Origin: a virus | Taxonomy: Duplodnaviria; Heunggongvirae; Uroviricota; Caudoviricetes | DNA length: 14,317 nt | Direction: 5' to 3' (one strand) | IMG/VR virus record: IMGVR_UViG_3300011339_000564 | Span: 1 to 14,317 of that record | Shown here: positions 8,286 through 14,056 of the stretch, in pieces | Layout: each line of letters begins with the position of its first letter | How positions within the stretch are numbered: the first letter of the stretch is position 1 | Notes under the pieces: generated by a model | Told to the model about the DNA's origin: nothing | The model's database searches: none | The model's input: the letters and a program-made list of their open reading frames with translations, nothing else | Program-made: the position numbers and the translations under genes

Positions 8286-8543
8286 ATGAAACATCCTTTT
8301 ATTAACGATTTATCAGAAAAAACAATAGAAGAATTGCAAACGGCAATTGAAAGTTTAACGAACAAGTTAAATTACGCCTATCGTACGGGCAATAGTCCGT
8401 TAATACATCAACTACAAATGGTAATGGAAAGTTACCGTGAGCAAATCAGCAAGAAAATGGATGAAATCTTCAAAAAGCAAAATATCAAAACGAACGTTAA
8501 CATAGAAAAAGAGGGCGAAATTGTCAACAAGAATAGAACGTGA
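8286..8543 (+). CDS. Hypothetical helical-hairpin/coiled-coil protein (85 aa)
   Basis: Clean ORF in operon context with amphipathic helices (LSEKTIEELQTAIESLTNKL). Confidence 0.75.
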   Translation: MKHPFINDLSEKTIEELQTAIESLTNKLNYAYRTGNSPLIHQLQMVMESYREQISKKMDEIFKKQNIKTNVNIEKEGEIVNKNRT

Positions 8544-9117
8544 TTTTAGTTTTCAAGCCGGGGTTCATTTTGAAGGTAGCTTCATTATGAATATCTACAA
8601 TTTAACTCTAGCAATGGAAGTAGAAACTGAATCAATAACAGAACAAAACATTGCTATGGACAGAATTATATACTTTTTAGAAGATAGTTTAGCCAATAGT
8701 GTATTTGTTCAAACTAGTGATAAAAAGGCTATAGAGAAATATACTCAAGCAGATATTAAAGTATGCACAGTTCCAGAAGAACCATACGATCAAATTATTA
8801 CTATGCTATTGATATTGAAATTGAATAATATTACTGAAGGTAGATTAAACATAACTGATATCTTTTTAGAATCCGAATTAAGTGATAGTGTTAGATTCAC
8901 TTACGACATTGAAACAGCAAGGCATAATCCTTTTGGAAATAAAGGTTGGTGGTTAGAAACATCTACTTCAATGAATAATATTGAAAAGAATACAAAAAAA
9001 GAAAAGATTGTAAGATTGGTCAAACATAATGATTGGGCAAATGTTGGACTAGAATGGGAAAAGAAAACCAAAGCATCTGAAATACTCTTCACCAATGAGT
9101 CTGATAAGTTACCATAA
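8521..9117 (+). CDS. Hypothetical protein, possibly a degenerate QueD/PTPS-like T-fold (198 aa, TTG start)
   Basis: TTG start preceded by GAGGG (8511-8515); overlaps the previous gene by 23 nt. The patterns RIERDFSFQAGVHF and EPYDQIITMLLILKL...ITDIFLES loosely resemble QueD strands and helices. The ORF is well supported; the fold is tentative. Confidence 0.6.
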   Translation: MSTRIERDFSFQAGVHFEGSFIMNIYNLTLAMEVETESITEQNIAMDRIIYFLEDSLANSVFVQTSDKKAIEKYTQADIKVCTVPEEPYDQIITMLLILKLNNITEGRLNITDIFLESELSDSVRFTYDIETARHNPFGNKGWWLETSTSMNNIEKNTKKEKIVRLVKHNDWANVGLEWEKKTKASEILFTNESDKLP

Positions 9118-9120
9118 CTG

Positions 9121-9149
9121 TTGATTTTTACAATCAACTGTGTTAACAT
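9121..9149 (+). promoter_or_regulatory. Sigma70-like promoter TTGATT-N17-TAACAT with extended -10 TG
   Basis: TTGATT at 9121-9126, 17-nt spacer, TG at 9141-9142, TAACAT at 9144-9149. Predicted +1 is about 9155-9156, which coincides with the ATG. Confidence 0.55.
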
Positions 9150-9154
9150 ATGTC

Positions 9155-9661
9155 ATGCGTACTGATATATATGGTCAACTTATTCTAAGTGAAAATGATT
9201 TATGCGATTTATATATGCGTGACCCAACACGCACACTAAAGAAAGCATATACCGAATCTAACATCAGTTTAGATGATATTCTATATATTGAATCTAAACC
9301 TGAACTAATTGAGTACATAGATTCAAACTTGTCAATAGAAGATTTTGACAATAATAATCAATCAAACTGGTATATGCCTAAAGAATATAAAGAAATAGAC
9401 ATTGCCAAGTTTGTATTGGATCAATGTGCTAACGAAGCAGAGTTACAACGTGCCGGAGAAGAACTTATCTTATTCCAAGAACGTAATATGTTTGTGCTAC
9501 TACAGTATTTGAAGTATTTGGTTGATACAATGCGTAAACATAATATCGTATGGGGAGTAGGTCGTGGCTCTAGCGTAGCAAGTTTTGTATTGTTTTTGTT
9601 AGGGGTACACCGTATAAATAGTTTGTACTATGACTTGTCGATTGACGAGTTTATTAAATAA
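9155..9661 (+). CDS. Stand-alone DNA polymerase III alpha (DnaE/PolC family) N-terminal palm fragment, 168 aa, lacking the catalytic aspartates
   Basis: QRAGEELILFQERNMFVLLQYLKYLVDTMRKHNIVWGVGRGSSVASFVLFLLGVHRINSLYYDLSIDEFIK aligns by eye with bacterial DnaE (RL..EL.VI...GF..YFLIV..FI.W...NG..VGPGRGS.AGSLVAY.L.IT..DPL.F.LLFERFL). The ORF stops where DnaE continues NPER.SMPDxDxDF. ATG 9155 is preferred over GTG 9140. Confidence 0.85.
   Translation: MRTDIYGQLILSENDLCDLYMRDPTRTLKKAYTESNISLDDILYIESKPELIEYIDSNLSIEDFDNNNQSNWYMPKEYKEIDIAKFVLDQCANEAELQRAGEELILFQERNMFVLLQYLKYLVDTMRKHNIVWGVGRGSSVASFVLFLLGVHRINSLYYDLSIDEFIK
9613..9620 (+). promoter_or_regulatory. Perfect TATAAATA late box inside the 3' end of the DnaE fragment, possibly driving the 9672/GroES unit
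   Basis: Exact T4 late consensus 51 nt before the ATG at 9672; a second TTAAATA lies at 9654-9660. It sits in coding sequence, so chance is possible. Confidence 0.4.
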
Positions 9662-9671
9662 GGAGAAAATT

Positions 9672-10037
9672 ATGGCTACACATAGAACAGCAATGGGAAA
9701 ACAAGTTGACATGAATGCACTGCGTTCAAAAAACGAAAAAACGAGAGCAGTAGGAAACGTTAAGAATTTAAATGCACGTGGTGATACTATTGATGCCCAT
9801 GGACGTGTGATTAAATCAGTAACGTCAAAAGTTAATGATGGGTATTCTAAAACAGTGGGTAATCGTTCAGCAAATGTTACCAAACGATCTGCTCCTGTAC
9901 AAAAGATTCAACCTGACAAACCAAAAATTGATTTAACTCAATTAACAGCAGAAGAACGGGAATTTGAAGAATCATTGGAATATGATTTAGAAGTTGAAAA
10001 AATTAAAGAAGCAGAAATCAAAGCAAAGAAGAAGTAA
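9672..10037 (+). CDS. Hypothetical protein (121 aa) with basic N-terminus and acidic/charged C-terminus
   Basis: Strong SD AAGGAG at 9660-9665 places the start at ATG 9672 rather than 9630. Contains RTAMGKQVDM...NE...AVGNVKNLNARGD. Confidence 0.8.
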   Translation: MATHRTAMGKQVDMNALRSKNEKTRAVGNVKNLNARGDTIDAHGRVIKSVTSKVNDGYSKTVGNRSANVTKRSAPVQKIQPDKPKIDLTQLTAEEREFEESLEYDLEVEKIKEAEIKAKKK

Positions 10038-10038
10038 C

Positions 10039-10419
10039 ATGACTGAAAAGAAATTAGCATTTGAACCACATAAAATAGTTAGAGATAAGTTTACACCTAT
10101 TGGAGCACATATCATTGTATCTGATATGAAGTTTGAACATCGTATTACCCATGGTGGTATTTTGTTGCCCAATGATGATATGAAAAGTGCAGGTATCAGA
10201 CCTCGTTGGGCACAAATTTATGCAATCGGCTCGGAGTATAATGGTGGTGAGCTTGAGATTGGTAATTGGATATTAGTTAGTCACGGACGTTGGACACGAG
10301 GAATCGATATTGAAGATGAAACGGGTAAGAAGACGTTGCGTAGAGTGGATCCTAATGATATACTAATGGTAGCAGATCAATACATGGGTGATGAAACCAT
10401 GAGTGATATGGTATATTAA
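10039..10419 (+). CDS. groES: GroES/Cpn10-like co-chaperonin (functional analogue of T4 gp31)
   Basis: FTPIGAHIIV (GroES xxPLxDRVxV), mobile loop ITHGGILLP (cf. TxGGIxLP), AQIYAIG, LEIGNWILV (cf. VKVGDxVLF), and VDPNDILMVAD (cf. xxExDILAxx). The start is ATG 10039, 1 nt after the previous stop. Confidence 0.85.
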   Translation: MTEKKLAFEPHKIVRDKFTPIGAHIIVSDMKFEHRITHGGILLPNDDMKSAGIRPRWAQIYAIGSEYNGGELEIGNWILVSHGRWTRGIDIEDETGKKTLRRVDPNDILMVADQYMGDETMSDMVY

Positions 10420-10432
10420 TATAGGAAACACA

Positions 10433-10732
10433 ATGATAAACTGGTTACGAACAAAATTACACAACTTTATATTTCCACAAGACACCACCAATGAGTTAGT
10501 AGAAGCTAAAACTCATAGAGGGCGTGCCCTTATTAGTAGAGGCTCACAACTTGATAGTAGAGGTGGATTGACTTTTACAATTCATATGGCTAACGGTGGC
10601 TATGTTTTAGAATACTCAACGTATAATGAGAAAACTGATAGACATGACAATGCACTACATATCATTACTGCTGACACGGATTTAGGTCAAGGTATCGCAC
10701 ACATCATCACACTTGAAATGTTAAGAAAATGA
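10433..10732 (+). CDS. Hypothetical protein (99 aa)
   Basis: SD-like TAGGA at 10422-10426 supports ATG 10433. The stop overlaps the next start (ATGA). Confidence 0.75.
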   Translation: MINWLRTKLHNFIFPQDTTNELVEAKTHRGRALISRGSQLDSRGGLTFTIHMANGGYVLEYSTYNEKTDRHDNALHIITADTDLGQGIAHIITLEMLRK

Positions 10733-11655
10733 AGAATCAACTCTGGGTAGAAAAGTATCGTCCTAACACAGTAAACGATTATGTGTTTGTTGACGAGCGA
10801 TTAAAAAATCAAGTAAGTAGCTGGATCAAAGATAAAATGATCCCACACTTGTTATTGAGTGGTGATCCGGGCACTGGCAAGACTACACTTGCTAAAGTGT
10901 TGATACATGAACTGGGTGTTGATGACTATGATGTAATGGAAATCAATGCATCACGTGAACGTGGTATTGATATCGTCAAAGATAAAATCAATACATTTGC
11001 ACAAACTATGCCTTTTGGTAGCTTCAAAGTTATCTTACTTGATGAGGCTGATTATACAACGCCAGACTTTCAAGCGGCATTGCGTAACGATATGGAAGCA
11101 TACGCTGATACAGTTCGTTTCATTCTTACTTGTAATTATGAGACAAAGATTATCCCAGCATTGCGTGAGAGTCGTTGTCACAAAGTGCATATTACAAAAC
11201 CAGATCGTACAGAGTTTACTGCACGTGCGGCGACAGTATTGGTTACTGAGAATGTTGAGTTTGATTTAGATACCCTTGACAGTTATGTTCGTGTTAGCTA
11301 TCCAGACTTGCGTAAATGCTTGAATCAGTTGCAAGTCAATAGCAACACAGGTGTATTGTTGCCCCCTCAAGCACAGGGGAGTAGCGAACATGAGTTGTTG
11401 TTGGAAGCAACGACCCTATTCAAGTCTGGTAAGATTCTTGAGGGTAGGCAACAATTAATGCAGTACATTGCACTATATCCTACACGCATTGAAGATACAT
11501 ATAAATGGATGTATGACAACTTAGACTTGTGGGGCAAGGATCAAGAAAAGCGTGATGCAAGTATCATTACGATTCGTAATGGTCTAGCAAATCTGCCACT
11601 AGTAGGTATTCCTGATATTAGTTTGGCAGCGACATTGGTGGAGTTGACAGCATGA
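10729..11655 (+). CDS. Sliding-clamp loader AAA+ ATPase subunit (T4 gp44 / RFC small-subunit type)
   Basis: RFC box II LWVEKYRP, Walker A GDPGTGKT, EINASRERGID, Walker B ILLDEAD, sensor 1 FILTCN, arginine finger SRC, and DLRKCLN. Confidence 0.95.
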   Translation: MKNQLWVEKYRPNTVNDYVFVDERLKNQVSSWIKDKMIPHLLLSGDPGTGKTTLAKVLIHELGVDDYDVMEINASRERGIDIVKDKINTFAQTMPFGSFKVILLDEADYTTPDFQAALRNDMEAYADTVRFILTCNYETKIIPALRESRCHKVHITKPDRTEFTARAATVLVTENVEFDLDTLDSYVRVSYPDLRKCLNQLQVNSNTGVLLPPQAQGSSEHELLLEATTLFKSGKILEGRQQLMQYIALYPTRIEDTYKWMYDNLDLWGKDQEKRDASIITIRNGLANLPLVGIPDISLAATLVELTA

Positions 11656-11915
11656 GATATTTTTTAATTACATATGTTCGTAAATCAAACGGACAAATCG
11701 ATGAGATGGTTACTATTAGTAAACGTACTCGCACTAGTGACATTCAAACCTGTAATGTAATACTAGATTTTCAAGCAAAGAAGATTGACAAATGCGTTAT
11801 TGAGGGTAAAGTAGTTGATAGTGATTGGGATAAGATGTGTGAATATTATAAACGTGTTTATCCTACATTGATTGACCAATTAGAAAAAGCAAATAGCGAT
11901 AGTACAAAAGTATAA
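11652..11915 (+). CDS. Hypothetical protein (87 aa)
   Basis: ATGA overlap with the clamp-loader stop; ends at the terminator. Confidence 0.75.
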   Translation: MRYFLITYVRKSNGQIDEMVTISKRTRTSDIQTCNVILDFQAKKIDKCVIEGKVVDSDWDKMCEYYKRVYPTLIDQLEKANSDSTKV

Positions 11916-11938
11916 AAGGGGCATTTAGCCCCTTTTTT
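11914..11938. terminator. Bidirectional rho-independent terminator between convergent genes
   Basis: AAAAGGGGC-ATTTA-GCCCCTTTT(TT): a perfect stem with an A run on the left and a T run on the right, so both strands get a U tail. It overlaps both stop codons. Confidence 0.92.
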
Positions 11939-12716
11939 ATGCGTACATTTTTAGAACATGTTCAATGATCTTATGACGTTGAACGTCTTTAAGTTCAAAG
12001 TGGCATAACTGCAACCCTGGTATCACCCCCTTCCCCAATCGATTTTGTAAGTCTAGTAGCCCATTGTCGGCTGTTTTTCTATCGGTTTGTTCTATGTCGC
12101 CAGTAATTACAATCTTACTGCCTACACCGATTCTAGTCATAATCATTTTGAGTTGACCAGGAGTTGCATTTTGTGCCTCGTCTAATACTACATAGCTATG
12201 TTTGAAATTTCTACCTCGACAGAATGCTAGGGGCGCAATCTCCACTATCTGTTCTTCTAGCATGTGGGTAATTTCCTTTGCTGTATAATATTCACGCAGT
12301 ACGTCTAATAAAGGTCTGGTCCATGGTTCCATCTTTTGATTGATATCTCCGGGTAAGAATCCATGTTTTTCGTCATCGACACCTACGGCAGGCCTTGTTA
12401 ATATGATTCTATCACATTCACCATCACGCATTGCTTTAATGGCAGCCTGCATAGCTAGGTATGTTTTACCCGTGCCAGCTGGACCAGAGACAACAACAAT
12501 GTCTGTATTGTCATCAAGCAATGCTAGTATGTATTTTTCTTGGTTTAGGGACTTTGGAATCAATTGAACGGGTCTTGTATTAACCCTCATTGTTCTTTGT
12601 GCCTGTGAAAAATCTATTGTTTTTGACTCTTTCATATAAAATGTATGGTCTTTTTTGGTTTGTGCAAACCGTGTGTCTTGCTGAGTTCGTAATGCGCTAG
12701 TTTTTCTTTTGCTCAA
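11937..12716 (-). CDS. phoH: PhoH-family ATPase/RNA helicase-like protein (259 aa, TTG start)
   Basis: PKSLNQEKY, Walker A GPAGTGKTYLA, IILTRPAV, GFLPGD, EIAPLAFCRGR, LDEAQN, MTRIG, ITGDIEQTD, DVQRH. SD AAAGGAG 7 nt upstream places the start at TTG 12716, not 12758. Confidence 0.95.
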   Translation of the reverse strand: MSKRKTSALRTQQDTRFAQTKKDHTFYMKESKTIDFSQAQRTMRVNTRPVQLIPKSLNQEKYILALLDDNTDIVVVSGPAGTGKTYLAMQAAIKAMRDGECDRIILTRPAVGVDDEKHGFLPGDINQKMEPWTRPLLDVLREYYTAKEITHMLEEQIVEIAPLAFCRGRNFKHSYVVLDEAQNATPGQLKMIMTRIGVGSKIVITGDIEQTDRKTADNGLLDLQNRLGKGVIPGLQLCHFELKDVQRHKIIEHVLKMYA

Positions 12717-12757
12717 GTTAATTCTCCTTTGTAGAGCATGAGTGCTCATAACACTCA

Positions 12758-12787
12758 AGTTTATTTAAGGTCAATACTTAGTGTCAA
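12758..12787 (-). promoter_or_regulatory. Sigma70-like promoter for phoH, TTGACA-N18-TAAACT
   Basis: On the minus strand, a perfect TTGACA at 12787-12782 and TAAACT at 12763-12758. A TAAATA box (12767-12762) is nested in it. Confidence 0.55.
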
Positions 12788-12872
12788 AGTAGCATACTTT
12801 TAACACAATTATTTAGACTAAATATTAGGCTTAGGTCAAAAGTAAAGCAAATCTTCTGATTAATCAATAAAA

Positions 12873-12880
12873 GATAAATA
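12873..12880 (+). promoter_or_regulatory. Putative late promoter box GATAAATA
   Basis: ATAAATA at 12874-12880 ends 5 nt before the ATG at 12886; no SD in between. Confidence 0.6.
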
Positions 12881-12885
12881 TATTA

Positions 12886-13482
12886 ATGAATCATCACGAA
12901 ACCGCCGACAACTTTTTTAATGACATTGACTATGTAAGCATAGTTAGCACCGTTAAGGGTATCTTTACCAGTGACGGGTCAATGAACACCCTACTAGACT
13001 TTGAACGAGTATTAGACGAAGCTGACTTATATGCCTTTAGAAACTGGGAATTAGGAGAACTAGTTCAAGGTCCTGATGTACGTAGATATAGTGTTGCCTG
13101 TGTATTCATGTGGCCATACAAATTAATGCCCAATCCAAAGGGTGCAAGAAGATTAGTAGCGATTGGATGTAAAGTCAAATTTGCCAAATCTGAAGTTAAA
13201 GTTCCAGTAGAAGTCACCGAATACGATGACTATATTCCAGGAACACGCTATCCCAAATCAAAGCCAAAGAAAGTTTGGTTTGTGTATATTGAGATTCCAA
13301 AATCATTACTAGATGATATTAAAGAAGGTACGATTGACTTAGCCGGTCAAACCATTGATTTGGAAGAATTAGATGATTCTTATGATGATGATTTAGATAA
13401 GAATGAGACAGAAGAACAACAAGCTGAATCTCCTGATATGGCTATGGGAGCTCCGGCCCCGGCAGCAATGCCACCTGCATGA
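12886..13482 (+). CDS. Hypothetical protein with acidic C-terminal tail (198 aa)
   Basis: Globular-looking body (LLDFERVLDEADLYAFRNWELGELVQGP...FMWP...MPNPKGARRL...GCKV) with a D/E- and P/A-rich tail; ATGA overlap with the next gene. Confidence 0.85.
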   Translation: MNHHETADNFFNDIDYVSIVSTVKGIFTSDGSMNTLLDFERVLDEADLYAFRNWELGELVQGPDVRRYSVACVFMWPYKLMPNPKGARRLVAIGCKVKFAKSEVKVPVEVTEYDDYIPGTRYPKSKPKKVWFVYIEIPKSLLDDIKEGTIDLAGQTIDLEELDDSYDDDLDKNETEEQQAESPDMAMGAPAPAAMPPA

Positions 13483-14054
13483 AAGTAACTATGAATAAGC
13501 AAATTATCAATGAAGGTTTAGAGTACATGGATATGGTTTATCAAGTTGAACCAGAATTAAGCGTAGATGAGTATGCGGCAAAGATGGGTAAAGATAGTGA
13601 TATTGTAACATTAGCTTTTATCGTAAACAGTGAAGCAGCCGGCAATGATTTAGTTGATTGGTTTGAACGTGGATATGATTGGGTACTTGATGCTAGTGTT
13701 AGCGAAGGTGAATTAAGTCCAGGCAAATATTTAGTATTTGTTGAAATGGAACGCAGAAGCAAAACAGCATCACGTATTGTAGAATTACTAGAAGATTTAG
13801 AAACATTGACTGGATTATCATTAGATGATTGGTCAGTTGAAGTTGAAGGTGAAACGTATGGGGCTGACAAAGACAAATTAAAAGAAGTAATCACTATTAG
13901 TCCGCATGAATACCGTGAAGAATACGAGGACGAAGAGGAAGAAGATGGTTCAGAATTAAATGAAATGCGTCAACGTGCTGGAATTGAACCTATTAAGAAA
14001 TTTGGCAAACCGGATAGTGAATTAAAAGCCTTTAAGGCAATGGCGGGGTTATAA
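13479..14054 (+). CDS. Hypothetical acidic protein, possibly virion-head associated (191 aa)
   Basis: Contains IDE/VDEY..KMG.DSDIVTLAF, GYDWVLDASVSEGE, an acidic run, then LNEMRQRAGI...FKAMAGL at the C-terminus. Confidence 0.8.
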   Translation: MKVTMNKQIINEGLEYMDMVYQVEPELSVDEYAAKMGKDSDIVTLAFIVNSEAAGNDLVDWFERGYDWVLDASVSEGELSPGKYLVFVEMERRSKTASRIVELLEDLETLTGLSLDDWSVEVEGETYGADKDKLKEVITISPHEYREEYEDEEEEDGSELNEMRQRAGIEPIKKFGKPDSELKAFKAMAGL

Positions 14055-14056
14055 GT

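Noticed and set aside
9632-9661. C-terminal LSIDEFIK as a T4-type clamp-binding motif (SLDFL-like)
   Set aside because: Already explained by homology to DnaE DLLFERFL; the match to the clamp motif is weak.
9640-9680. Programmed frameshift or read-through extending the DnaE fragment
   Set aside because: The downstream sequence has no PDxD motif in the reading I checked. It is a strong SD followed by an unrelated ORF.
12717-12758. N-terminal extension MSVMSTHALQRRIN of PhoH from the ORF track
   Set aside because: This stretch contains the SD and leader; the TTG at 12716 has the properly spaced AAAGGAG.
8901-13894. ORFs 8901..9149, 9599..9883, 9987..10172 and 13541..13894 (-), and 10946..11269 and 12340..12567 (+)
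   Set aside because: They overlap better-supported genes on another frame or strand, and show no motifs or translation signals.
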